A stretch of DNA of 64,000 nt from positions 928,001 through 992,000 of the forward strand of contig CBDFIQ010000002.1 in NCBI GenBank assembly GCA_965248195.1, written 5' to 3'. Positions 9,361-18,913 of the stretch are shown here, in pieces. The translations under genes were made by a program, and so were the position numbers. The stretch is from Longimicrobiales bacterium. Its GTDB lineage: Bacteria > Gemmatimonadota > Gemmatimonadetes > Longimicrobiales > Gaopeijiaceae. The notes beneath the pieces are model-generated. The model did no database searches. It saw nothing but the letters and a program-made list of their open reading frames with translations, and was not told where the DNA came from. Each line of letters begins with the position of its first letter. Position 1 is the first letter of the stretch.

Positions 9361-10353
9361 GTGCGTATACATTTTACTTATAAATTCATACTTGAGCCGT
9401 GGGGTGGAGCAAACAACTTTATGCGGGCGCTCCATGCTGGGCTTACTGAGAGTGGTACCTACGAGTTTGTAGAATCAATAGATGAACCCTGCGATGTCCT
9501 CTTTATGAATGAACTGGGTACAGGACCTGGCGGGGGTCGTAAGAACATTCCGTTGAGATTGGTTCGCAAACAGAAATCACGTTTTGTTGGGCTGTCGGAC
9601 GGTAAGGAGGCGGGGCGAAAAGTTGTCGTTAGAGCGGTGAACTTGAATTGGAATTCGTTTAATCACGGCCCACGAAATCATATCTTTGGTAAATGGAAGG
9701 ACCGACAAACGCTTGCTTTGCTCAACCTTGCAGACGCGGTGATTTTCCAGAGCGACTATCAGAGAGAATTTTTTAAAAAGGCAGGCTATAAGAATAAGAA
9801 TAGGAACTTTCTTATCCATAATGGTGCAGGCAATTCATTTTGGTCCAATAAGCCATCCCACCCAGCGCTTGGCGATACCATAAAGTTGGTTTCGTCGACA
9901 GCGAGCCCACGTAAGACAAAACGTCATGACTTGATTGCACGTATGTCTTTACTAGATGGTGTAGAAATAAGGCATCTTGGGAGGTGGCCAAAAAATCTTG
10001 ATGCGGGGAATGTCCAGCTGCTGGGTATGTTACCTCAAGATCAGATGGTGGAAGAAATGAAAACCTACCATTATTTTCTTCATACAGCCATCAAAGATCC
10101 TTGTCCTAATGCGATCTTTGAGGCGATATGTATGGGGTTGCCCGTTATCTTCAACCCGGCTATTGGCAGTAGCCCTGAGATTGTAGGGGATATTGGGTTG
10201 GCTTTACAGGAGGATGATCTCGCGTCGACGATTAGAAGGGCGCGGGTTCAGCTACTGGAATTGAGAGAGATTTTGCTTTCAAAACGATCATATTATTCTA
10301 TCAACAGGACGGTTCAAAGTTACAAGCAGGTATTTGAAGAAGTGATGACATAA
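9361..10353 (+). CDS. Glycosyltransferase (GT4-like), AT-richer than flanks
   Basis: WGGANNF, IFQSDY, DPCPNAIFEAICMGLPV. Confidence 0.8.
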   Translation: MRIHFTYKFILEPWGGANNFMRALHAGLTESGTYEFVESIDEPCDVLFMNELGTGPGGGRKNIPLRLVRKQKSRFVGLSDGKEAGRKVVVRAVNLNWNSFNHGPRNHIFGKWKDRQTLALLNLADAVIFQSDYQREFFKKAGYKNKNRNFLIHNGAGNSFWSNKPSHPALGDTIKLVSSTASPRKTKRHDLIARMSLLDGVEIRHLGRWPKNLDAGNVQLLGMLPQDQMVEEMKTYHYFLHTAIKDPCPNAIFEAICMGLPVIFNPAIGSSPEIVGDIGLALQEDDLASTIRRARVQLLELREILLSKRSYYSINRTVQSYKQVFEEVMT

Positions 10354-10541
10354 TGGAAATCCATGAGGATTTTGAACTTTCGCATGACCACCAGGATCTC
10401 TACGCTACCCAGCTGAGGCCGCTCCTCGGCGATGCTGCGGCTAGGCTGCGTTGGCGAGCTCCTTGGAATCGAGGAGTGACAGGTTCAGGTAGCGGCGGCT
10501 GCCCCATGCCTCGGTGGTCCTAAGCGCGACCACAGTGATCG

Positions 10542-11594
10542 ATGACCTTGTCGGCACTCACCTCAAGCGCCAACCTGCGCGACGCCGTACGTGTCATCGA
10601 AGAAACGCGCAAGACCATCGCGGTCGTGACGGACGATGCGGGCCGCGTCATCGGAGCGCTCACCGACGGCGACATCCGACGCGCGCTGCTTGCCGGCCGG
10701 GACCTTTCGGACCCCGTAACCGAGGCGATGAATCCCTCGCCGATGACGGCCGAGGAGACCATGGCGGAGGCGTATTTGCTCGAACGCCTCCAGACCAACA
10801 ACATCGAGGCACTGCCGCTTGTCGATGCCGACGGTCGGTTCAAACGCGTCATTCACATCAACGACTTGAGTCCGGAGGAACGCACCGGCGGCGCCGAGGG
10901 ATTCTTCGCGGCCGTCATCATGGCCGGAGGTGAAGGGCTTCGCCTGCGCCCGCTGACCGACAACACCCCAAAGGCAATGCTCGACGTAGGAGGCATGCCG
11001 CTCATCGAGCGCCAAGTCCGCCGCCTTGCGAAGTCCGGTATTAAGCGAATCTACATTTCGGTCGGCTACCTCCGGGAGGTGATCGAAGACCATTTGGGGG
11101 ACGGCGCCGATTTCGCGGTCTCAATTGAGTATTTGCATGAGGAGAAGAAACTCGGCACAGGGGGGGCGCTTACGCTGCTGCCCACTCGGCCGACAGGCCC
11201 GCTCCTGGTCATCAATGGCGACGTACTCACCACCTCGGACTACCGCCATCTTCTCGACTTCCATTTGCAGCACGACGCCGCCGTGACTGTAGCGGCAGCG
11301 GACTACCACCTGCAGATCCCGTACGGCGTGATAAAGGCGGAGGGTGTACGAGCCGTTGCGCTCGAGGAAAAACCCTCGCAGCGGTTTCTCTGTAACGCGG
11401 GTATCTACGCGCTCGCTCCCGGCGCCACGGGGCTCGTCCCCCACGACCAGTGTTATGATATGACGGACCTCATCGAACGCTGCATCGGTGAAGGACGTAC
11501 CGTCGTGGTATTCCCGATTCACGAGTACTGGACGGATATCGGGACGCCGGCCGAACTCGAGGAAGCCCGCGAGGCCATGAAGAGCCATGCCTGA
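10542..11594 (+). CDS. CBS-domain sugar-phosphate nucleotidyltransferase (PtmE/LegX-like)
   Basis: N-terminal CBS pair (LTDGDIRRALL); MAGGEGLRLRPLT..TPK, LGTGGAL, NGDV, WTDIG. Confidence 0.9.
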   Translation: MTLSALTSSANLRDAVRVIEETRKTIAVVTDDAGRVIGALTDGDIRRALLAGRDLSDPVTEAMNPSPMTAEETMAEAYLLERLQTNNIEALPLVDADGRFKRVIHINDLSPEERTGGAEGFFAAVIMAGGEGLRLRPLTDNTPKAMLDVGGMPLIERQVRRLAKSGIKRIYISVGYLREVIEDHLGDGADFAVSIEYLHEEKKLGTGGALTLLPTRPTGPLLVINGDVLTTSDYRHLLDFHLQHDAAVTVAAADYHLQIPYGVIKAEGVRAVALEEKPSQRFLCNAGIYALAPGATGLVPHDQCYDMTDLIERCIGEGRTVVVFPIHEYWTDIGTPAELEEAREAMKSHA

Positions 11595-12588
11595 GAGTCT
11601 CGAGAACAAGCGCGTGCTGGTCACCGGTGCTGACGGTTTCATCGGAAGCCATCTCGTGGAGCGACTCCACTCACGGGGTGCCGAGGTCCGTGCGTTCGTG
11701 TACTACAATTCGTGGAATCAGATCGGATGGCTTGCCGATGTACGAGAACGTGTCCGGGCTGACGTTGCGCTGATTCCGGGAGACATCCGGGACCCCGAAC
11801 GAGTCCGAGAGGCCGTCGCTGGGTGCGACTATATATTTCACTTGTCTAGCTTGATCGCCATTCCCTATAGCTACAGCGCGCCGCGGTCGTATGTCGAGAC
11901 CAACGTCGGCGGAGCCCTCAACGTCCTTCAGGCGTGTCGAGAATCTGACCAGCTCATACGCCTTTTGCATGTTTCCACATCCGAGGTGTACGGCACGGCG
12001 CAGCGCGTTCCGATCGACGAGGACCACCCGTTGGTGGGACAGTCACCATATTCGGCGAGCAAGATCGCCGCCGACAAAATGGCAGAGAGTTTTTATCACT
12101 CCTTTGGAACCCCCGTGGTCACCGCCCGTCCGTTCAACACCTACGGTCCGCGTCAAACCGCCCGGGCTGTCATTCCAACTGTCGCCGCTCAGCTCCTCGA
12201 TGGATGCGCCGAGTTGCAACTTGGCGCTCTACACCCTACGCGCGACTTCAACTTTGCCACGGATACGGCGGACGGCATGATCGCCTTGGCTCTGTGCGCA
12301 GGTGCCGAGGGACAGGTAGTCAACATCGGGTCCGGCGAGGAGTGGTCCATCGAGCAAACAGCAAAACTGCTGATGGAGACCACGGGCCGGCAGGTCCCTA
12401 TTCGTTGCGAGGAGGCCCGCCTTCGGCCCGAGAAGAGCGAGGTAAACCGTTTGCTGGCCGACAATCGGAAGATCACAGAACTCACGGGCTGGCTCAGCAA
12501 GGTCTCATTCCCAGAGGGTTTGGAGCGCACAGTGGACTGGATCGGGCGCAACATGGCATTTTTCGACCCTGACAGATACGCGGTGTGA
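11587..12588 (+). CDS. NAD-dependent NDP-GlcNAc 4,6-dehydratase (LegB-like)
   Basis: VTGADGFIGSHL, LIAIPYSY, STSEVYGTA, QSPYSASK, RPFNTYGPRQ..RAVIP, RPEKSEV.RL. Confidence 0.85.
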   Translation: MPESLENKRVLVTGADGFIGSHLVERLHSRGAEVRAFVYYNSWNQIGWLADVRERVRADVALIPGDIRDPERVREAVAGCDYIFHLSSLIAIPYSYSAPRSYVETNVGGALNVLQACRESDQLIRLLHVSTSEVYGTAQRVPIDEDHPLVGQSPYSASKIAADKMAESFYHSFGTPVVTARPFNTYGPRQTARAVIPTVAAQLLDGCAELQLGALHPTRDFNFATDTADGMIALALCAGAEGQVVNIGSGEEWSIEQTAKLLMETTGRQVPIRCEEARLRPEKSEVNRLLADNRKITELTGWLSKVSFPEGLERTVDWIGRNMAFFDPDRYAV

Positions 12589-14180
12589 GAGTCTTCTTCT
12601 CGACTCAGAGCGGAAGCCTCCGGCTCTTCGACGCGCTGGCGGATGCGCTCGATGGAATGGTCGGCGTCCAACGCAGAGGCTTCGCCGTAGCGGACAGTTG
12701 GGCTTATGTGCAATGGTTGGACGCTAACCCCGATTTTGAACGACGCGACCACGTCCTCGTCAAAGAATGGGAGATCACGTCGCAACGTAGTGGCAAACCG
12801 GACCTCGAGTGCCTAGCCCGCTACGAAGCCGAATTGGGGGATCCCGATCTGTTTGGCGCCATCATCGCCGATCGCCGCTTGATCATGGGTCCCGATTGCA
12901 CCTACAGTCAGGATTATCGTCGCCGTTTCAGCGATGACGAATTATTGTGCATCCTCGAAGCGGGTTTGAAGGCCGTCGACCACGCTTTCACGGAGTTGAA
13001 GCCGGATCTCGCGATCAGCTTCGTTGCCGTCACCATGCTCGACTACCTCGTCTACCTGTTCGCCAAAGCCCGCAACGTCACTTTTCTGAACCTACGCCCG
13101 ACCCGGATCGCCGATCGGGTCATCTATGGTTCTACACTCAACGATCCCGCGCCCGAGTTCCTTCAGGTGTATCAGCGGTGTCTGGAGCAAGGGTCGGACA
13201 AAGTCGACGAAGCGCGAGAATGCATTCAGCGCGTCCGCACGCTCCACGGGCGGTATGAGGGGGTCGTGCGTCCGTCGAAAACACCAACTCAGCGTGTGAC
13301 AGTGCGCGGGGGACTCCTCAGAGCGGGCGTGCGGCAGTTGAAGATGTACCGGAAGTACCGCGCGAGTATTGCCGTGCGGGACAACCACGTACCCGGCGTG
13401 TTGCGCCCGCTGTTCTTCTTCAGTGTGGTGAACCCCGTGCGGGCCCGTTACGTCGAAGCTACACTGCGTCGTTCATACCTCAATCCCGACGAGCTTCAGG
13501 GCCGGCGCTACGCGTTCTACCCGCTACATAGCGAGCCGGAGGTCTCGATGCTCGTCTATGGGCGTCCGTTCGTCAACCAGATTGAAGTGATCCGTGCGTT
13601 GGCGACGAGTCTGCCGGCCGACATGATCCTCGTGGTCAAGGAACATCCCTGGATGGTCGGCAAGCGGAGTCTTTCCGCCTATCGTAAGATCCTTGCCATT
13701 CCGCGGGTACGCTTGGTGTCCCCTCACTTGGATGGGCGTACCTTAATTCAAACAGCGACCCTGGTGACGGTGTTGGCCAGCTCGATCGCGCTAGAAGCGG
13801 CCATGCTGCGCCGTCCGGCCCTGACGTTCGGCCACGTCCCGTTCAATGCACTGCCCGATTCCATGGTGCGCCGATGTGCTGATCTGACCCGGTTGCCCCA
13901 TGCGGTCCGAGACCTCATCGAGACGCACCACCATGACGAGCACAGCCTCGAAGCCTACGTCGCTGCGGTTCTGGAGCTGTCCGTTGGGGTCCAGTTCTAC
14001 ACCACGCTGCTGGGTCGTAAGGGGGCGCACGCAGAGCGTTCGGCCAGCTTTGATGAAGAGATCGTGCGACTCGCCGCGTACACCGTTCGGCGGCTGGATC
14101 CCGGGGGGATTCTAGGCACGAGCCCCGCGGGAGCGCCGCTGCAGTCGCCCGGCCCGGCGGTGCGATCCCGCGTTGAGTGA
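12585..14180 (+). CDS. Capsule polysaccharide modification/export protein (KpsS/LipB-like, GT-B type)
   Basis: FYPLHSEPE, VVKEHP, SSIALEA motifs in the C-terminal half. Confidence 0.65.
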   Translation: MRVFFSTQSGSLRLFDALADALDGMVGVQRRGFAVADSWAYVQWLDANPDFERRDHVLVKEWEITSQRSGKPDLECLARYEAELGDPDLFGAIIADRRLIMGPDCTYSQDYRRRFSDDELLCILEAGLKAVDHAFTELKPDLAISFVAVTMLDYLVYLFAKARNVTFLNLRPTRIADRVIYGSTLNDPAPEFLQVYQRCLEQGSDKVDEARECIQRVRTLHGRYEGVVRPSKTPTQRVTVRGGLLRAGVRQLKMYRKYRASIAVRDNHVPGVLRPLFFFSVVNPVRARYVEATLRRSYLNPDELQGRRYAFYPLHSEPEVSMLVYGRPFVNQIEVIRALATSLPADMILVVKEHPWMVGKRSLSAYRKILAIPRVRLVSPHLDGRTLIQTATLVTVLASSIALEAAMLRRPALTFGHVPFNALPDSMVRRCADLTRLPHAVRDLIETHHHDEHSLEAYVAAVLELSVGVQFYTTLLGRKGAHAERSASFDEEIVRLAAYTVRRLDPGGILGTSPAGAPLQSPGPAVRSRVE

Positions 14181-14255
14181 TCCACGTCGTATGGGATGCT
14201 CGACTGACGGCACCCTGATCCGTCCATCCAACCAGCCAGCGACGTCCACCACCTC

Positions 14256-15077
14256 ATGACCGGCATAACCGACTCCGAAGTACGAAGGCGTATCGAGGAA
14301 CTCGGTGCAGAACAGCCCTGGCACCACAACATTGAATTGCGCCCCGGATTGTGGACGGCACCGCACCGGAAGGAGACGCTCGCGACCAACCTCGGCAAGT
14401 GGGCCCGTCTACAACCGATCATCGATCAGTTGGACTTGCGGTCGGCAAAAGTGTTGGACGTAGGGTGCTCCGACGGCTTCTACGCCCTTCAGCTCGCGAC
14501 AGCCGGCGCGGCCAACGTCGTCGCGATCGAGGTCAACGAGCTTAGATTGCGCAAGTGCCGCTTCGTCCAAGAAGTCACCGGTGCCGGCAACATCACCTTT
14601 TCCCAGATCGGCGTCGACGACGTCGGCGAGGACGTGACGGAGCGATTTCGTGTGACCCTTTGCCTTGGCTTCTTGCATCGGTTTCCCGATCCCTATCGCT
14701 TGCTGACCAAACTGGCGCAATTGTCTGAGGCAGTCCTGCTCGAATGGAAGGTGGCACCTGACGACAACGTCGATCAGCCGACGATGCGGCTGGCCACAGC
14801 GCATCGGCGTGGCATCGACGATTACAACATCTCGTACTTCCATCCGACGGTGAGTTGCGTGCGAGAGATTCTGGGACACGGCGGTCTACACAACCATTAC
14901 CGCATCGATGACGGTCGATCCAAACGGGTCGCTATGGTCTCCGCCCGGCATCCCCTCGACCTCAATCCTGATAGCTACTTCTCAGCCCCGACTGCCAAGA
15001 TCAAGCTGGTTTTCAAATACTCGAGGCTATATCTCAGGAGCGTCACCAAGGTCTTGTCGGGGAGGGTCCGATATTGA
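14256..15077 (+). CDS. SAM-dependent methyltransferase (CmoB/DUF1698-like)
   Basis: WHHNIEL, VLDVGCSDGFY, CLGFLH. Confidence 0.8.
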   Translation: MTGITDSEVRRRIEELGAEQPWHHNIELRPGLWTAPHRKETLATNLGKWARLQPIIDQLDLRSAKVLDVGCSDGFYALQLATAGAANVVAIEVNELRLRKCRFVQEVTGAGNITFSQIGVDDVGEDVTERFRVTLCLGFLHRFPDPYRLLTKLAQLSEAVLLEWKVAPDDNVDQPTMRLATAHRRGIDDYNISYFHPTVSCVREILGHGGLHNHYRIDDGRSKRVAMVSARHPLDLNPDSYFSAPTAKIKLVFKYSRLYLRSVTKVLSGRVRY

Positions 15078-15940
15078 TCATTGCACAACCGGGCCGCTAT
15101 GCCACAGGATTGAACATGGAACACATTCCCTTATCAGTTCTGCGCGACCTGCAGCGCCTCGCCACACACCTGTGGATGCACAAGCGGGAAATTGTCGCGA
15201 ATGAGTTCTCGAAGCCCCACATCCTTCTCAAACGACACGCGCAGCTCTCGCGCATAGACCTCGACCGCTGCACGAACTCCCTCGGATTCTCGTACGCCGT
15301 CACTGGTTGGCATCCGGTGACCGCTTTGCTTGGCGAGAACCCCAGCGGCCGACTCACCGTAGCGCCCGAGCAATCCGTGTTTGCCCGGTTCTTCTCGCGG
15401 TATTGCCCAACGAGTATGCGGGACCTGCCCGACCAGCTTGACGAGGACGTCAGCTTTGCGCCCCCTGTGGGGGTCTTGCCGTGGGGGGGCTTCACCCGGC
15501 AGGACGCGGTAACCGGCGGGACGCCACTCCGGGAAACCAGCTGGCTATTCGGCCCCCTCGACGATCAATCGATTCGTTTGAACATGACGAGAACGTTCGA
15601 CGTCTATGCCAGCCTGAAGCGATCCGGATACGCACCGTGGCGGCTGTTCAACTCGTTCATCGAAGGATGCTTCCTCGAACGGTCCAACGGCGATCGTATC
15701 TTCGTCATTATGCACGGTAAGCACCGCGCCGCAGTGTTGCGGTTCCTCGGCTTCGAGTCGGTCGTGGTGCGCTGCACTCCTGACTCTGTTGGTGTCATCC
15801 GTGAACGCGACGTGCACAACTGGTATTACGTGAAGAGTGGCGTGTGCTCTCGGGAGGACGCGTTGGCCTATTTTCGCGCCTACTTCGAACTTTCCGGCCG
15901 CGAGCGCGCGGTTAAACTGGGCTTGGTGGCCGCATCGTGA
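15074..15940 (+). CDS. Hypothetical protein with ParB/sulfiredoxin-like GxHR motif (paralog 1)
   Basis: FVIMHGKHRAAVLRFLG; 4-nt overlaps with both neighbours. Confidence 0.65.
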   Translation: MIIAQPGRYATGLNMEHIPLSVLRDLQRLATHLWMHKREIVANEFSKPHILLKRHAQLSRIDLDRCTNSLGFSYAVTGWHPVTALLGENPSGRLTVAPEQSVFARFFSRYCPTSMRDLPDQLDEDVSFAPPVGVLPWGGFTRQDAVTGGTPLRETSWLFGPLDDQSIRLNMTRTFDVYASLKRSGYAPWRLFNSFIEGCFLERSNGDRIFVIMHGKHRAAVLRFLGFESVVVRCTPDSVGVIRERDVHNWYYVKSGVCSREDALAYFRAYFELSGRERAVKLGLVAAS

Positions 15941-16746
15941 TTCCTTCGGTTTGCCTTGTGCTGCCCACGCGTGTTCCACCGCGTCTACGGTACCCTTTCG
16001 CCACGGGGTGGCGCGTACTCACGGCGCCCTGGCGCCAACGCACGATCGACCTGGATATAGCGACCACGATCTTCGGATGCTCATTCGGGAGGGCCGGCTG
16101 GAATCACCTCGTCGAGTTCCTGCGCGAGTACGATGCTCGTTCAGGTCTACGGTGGGACGACTCCATCCTGCATCGGTATCACAAGAATTTTCACCCAGCG
16201 AGCGTCTGCGATCTTCTCAACCTGCCCCTAGCGAACGCATGTGAAATCCCGCTCTTCACGTATCCTTGGGGTACGTTGGTCCTGAACCAGACGGACAGAC
16301 ATCGACAGGTCGGGCGATCGCGTTTCTGCGGCCCGTCGACGGACGAGTTCATCGAGGCCGAACACCATCGGACCATTCGCTTGTACCAGCAGATGCGGCA
16401 CAACGGGTATACTCCGTGGCGATATGGATGCACCTTCATCAGCGGTACGTTTCTCGTGGATCGGGCCGGTGAAACGAGATTTATCGTCATGGGGGGCAAC
16501 CACCGCCTGGCCGCCCTGGCCGCGCTGGGTGTGCGGCGCGTGACGGTCCGCACCGACCCGAGGCTCCTGTTGACGCAGGTCGACGAACGCGAAGTCGACC
16601 AATGGCCGCTCGTTCGCAGCGGCAGGTGCTCGCGGTCGGCCGCCTTGGCGATCTTCCGCCTCTATTTCGAGGAGAACGGCGAACACGTTCGCCGTTGGGT
16701 ATACGGCCCGCCTTCGTCACCCCTCCCAGCTCAGGTAGACTCGTGA
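15937..16746 (+). CDS. Hypothetical protein with ParB/sulfiredoxin-like GxHR motif (paralog 2)
   Basis: FIVMGGNHRLAALAALG; several motifs shared with the upstream ORF. Confidence 0.65.
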   Translation: MIPSVCLVLPTRVPPRLRYPFATGWRVLTAPWRQRTIDLDIATTIFGCSFGRAGWNHLVEFLREYDARSGLRWDDSILHRYHKNFHPASVCDLLNLPLANACEIPLFTYPWGTLVLNQTDRHRQVGRSRFCGPSTDEFIEAEHHRTIRLYQQMRHNGYTPWRYGCTFISGTFLVDRAGETRFIVMGGNHRLAALAALGVRRVTVRTDPRLLLTQVDEREVDQWPLVRSGRCSRSAALAIFRLYFEENGEHVRRWVYGPPSSPLPAQVDS

Positions 16747-16819
16747 GTACAGTGAGTTTGTCATCAGCGTTGGGCATGCGTTCCCACTGGTTTTGTTATA
16801 GGATGCCTCGACCGGTAGA

Positions 16820-18151
16820 TTGCTTTTTACGAAAGTCCTCGGCGATCCTGCGAAATGTGATTGGAGAACGCGGCTGGCTTTGAGTGATACGAGACCCGTA
16901 GGCCAATTTCCTCCTGCGATGGCCCCACGTGGGGTCGCGGGTGCGGCACCAGGACAGAACGCCGATCAGTCGAGTTACGACCTCATCCTGGTCGTGGAAT
17001 ACTTTCGCACTATGACCGCCTTCGTGTCCATCATCAAACACCTCAGCGGCCAGTATCGAATTGGCCTCTTCCAGGTAACGATCGATCCCCACCAGCTCTC
17101 GAAGCAACCCGCTGCCCAAGAGCAGTTTGTCCGGCTCTGTGTCGAATCCGGTGCTGAAGTCGTCCCGAGCGGCCCCGTTTACACCAAGGTTCTTCTCGTG
17201 CCGCAGCGGCCCTACCGTGCCGAATCACTGCACGCCATTCGCGACAACGTTCGCGCTGAACGAACGCTCGGAGCACTTTCCTTCGCCTTTGGCGGCCAAA
17301 CCAAGCACGATGCTTTCCTCACCGAATGCTCGGTCGACAAAGTGCTCATGATCGACCGACGCTTAATCGAATTCCTGTTGGATCACCGGGGCAGAAGAGA
17401 CGCGTACGCGACGCTGGAACTCGCTGAGGTCGGGCTCCCGTACCGACAGTATCCGATTTTTCCGGATTTCACGGCAGATTACATACTTGCCATCCCGACA
17501 CCGTTCAGCTTCCCTCACGAGCGAGACAAGTGGCAGTTTCTCGAAGCGGTTCTTTCGTTGTTCGGGGAAATGAACCCGTGCGATACCGTCGTGCACAAAC
17601 CCCACAACGGCATGGATCACGACCAGTTTTCGACGATGGTGTACCGGCGAGTGGCGCACCTTCTTGGTTGGATCCCCGGCGCTGCAATCGCGTTTAGGTG
17701 GATGGGCACTAACGCCCCAAAGACGCTGCGGGCGCACTTTGGCAAACTCTACACGGCATACATGTACGAGCGGGTTCTCGCCCGCACCATCTCGCTGGCA
17801 AACCTCACGGACTCAAACGACTTGGCTCTCGAAGCCTTTCTCCCAGGCGTGCGCAAGGGCGTGATCGGCGGGTTGAGTAACACCATATGGGGCGCCCTCC
17901 ATGAGCGTGTTCCGTATTACAACTGTGTCGACATTACTCGACAGCGGCCCGAAGAGGGCGATCGGCTGTACGGGAAAAAACAGCCCGAGCGTGCGCTCGG
18001 TCTCACCCTCGAGTTCTTCGAGGTGCCGTTCTGCGGTGGCAAACTCACCTTCGACTCGAAATACTTCGACATCGTCGCCGACTCCAGCCGCCAGGGTGAT
18101 TTGATTGCGGAAATCGAGAACGAAATCGCCACCGTTCCGAACGCCCACTAG
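16820..18151 (+). CDS. Hypothetical protein, possibly a divergent glycosyltransferase (start uncertain)
   Basis: Long ORF in operon; VHKPHN and GGLSNT..AL resemble GT-B sialyltransferase-type segments. Confidence 0.55.
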   Translation: MLFTKVLGDPAKCDWRTRLALSDTRPVGQFPPAMAPRGVAGAAPGQNADQSSYDLILVVEYFRTMTAFVSIIKHLSGQYRIGLFQVTIDPHQLSKQPAAQEQFVRLCVESGAEVVPSGPVYTKVLLVPQRPYRAESLHAIRDNVRAERTLGALSFAFGGQTKHDAFLTECSVDKVLMIDRRLIEFLLDHRGRRDAYATLELAEVGLPYRQYPIFPDFTADYILAIPTPFSFPHERDKWQFLEAVLSLFGEMNPCDTVVHKPHNGMDHDQFSTMVYRRVAHLLGWIPGAAIAFRWMGTNAPKTLRAHFGKLYTAYMYERVLARTISLANLTDSNDLALEAFLPGVRKGVIGGLSNTIWGALHERVPYYNCVDITRQRPEEGDRLYGKKQPERALGLTLEFFEVPFCGGKLTFDSKYFDIVADSSRQGDLIAEIENEIATVPNAH

Positions 18152-18154
18152 CCG

Positions 18155-18913
18155 TTGTCCCAGGACGCCCCAGCGCTTCCCCACAACGTGAACGCGAAAT
18201 CGGTCCTCGGGTTGATTCCGGCCCGTTCTGGGTCCAAGGGAATACCGCAAAAAAACATCATCCCGCTGGGTGGTCGCCCGCTACTCGGCTGGGTGTGCAG
18301 TGCGGCGGCCAACACGCCTTCACTCGACGAGGTGGTCCTCTCGTCCGACAGTCGGGAGATCATCGATGTCGCGCGAGAATTCGGCGTCGACGCTCCGTTC
18401 ATGCGACCCGGCTCTCTGGCGCGCGATGATACGCTCATAGTGGATGTCCTCGCTCACGCCCTCGATTGGTTCGCGCAGCATAAACAACGCGAATTCGACT
18501 ATGTGTGTCTTCTACAACCCACCGCCCCACTCGCGACGAGCGACGATTATCAGGCCGCGATCGAAAAGGCCATCGACAACGACGCCGATACGGTCATTTC
18601 CGTGTACCGGTGCAGTCAAAAACATCCAGCAATCATGTACACGCTGGACGAGAACGGCGCCGCGGATTGGTTCGTGAAGAACCTCGGATGGAGCCGCATG
18701 GCTCGGCGGCAGGATCTGCCTCCGGTCTACATGCTTAGCGGGATTGTTTACGTCTTTAGAGCCTCGATGATCCTCGAACGCCAACAACTCTACGGCTCCC
18801 GAATCTACGCCATCGAGATTCCGGAGGAACGGGGCGCGGTGGACATCGACACCCCCATCGACGTCAAGCTCGCGGAGATCACGCTCCAGGAACTCGGCTA
18901 TTTGAACTCGTGA
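18155..18913 (+). CDS. neuA: Acylneuraminate cytidylyltransferase (NeuA/LegF family)
   Basis: IPARSGSKGIPQKN, LQPTAPL, RRQDLP, VDIDT; start may be GTG 18188. Confidence 0.92.
   Translation: MSQDAPALPHNVNAKSVLGLIPARSGSKGIPQKNIIPLGGRPLLGWVCSAAANTPSLDEVVLSSDSREIIDVAREFGVDAPFMRPGSLARDDTLIVDVLAHALDWFAQHKQREFDYVCLLQPTAPLATSDDYQAAIEKAIDNDADTVISVYRCSQKHPAIMYTLDENGAADWFVKNLGWSRMARRQDLPPVYMLSGIVYVFRASMILERQQLYGSRIYAIEIPEERGAVDIDTPIDVKLAEITLQELGYLNS

Noticed and set aside
15074..16746. ParB-like ORFs as a plasmid or chromosome partition system
   Set aside because: No parA, no HTH domain and no parS-like repeats; embedded in a glycan operon
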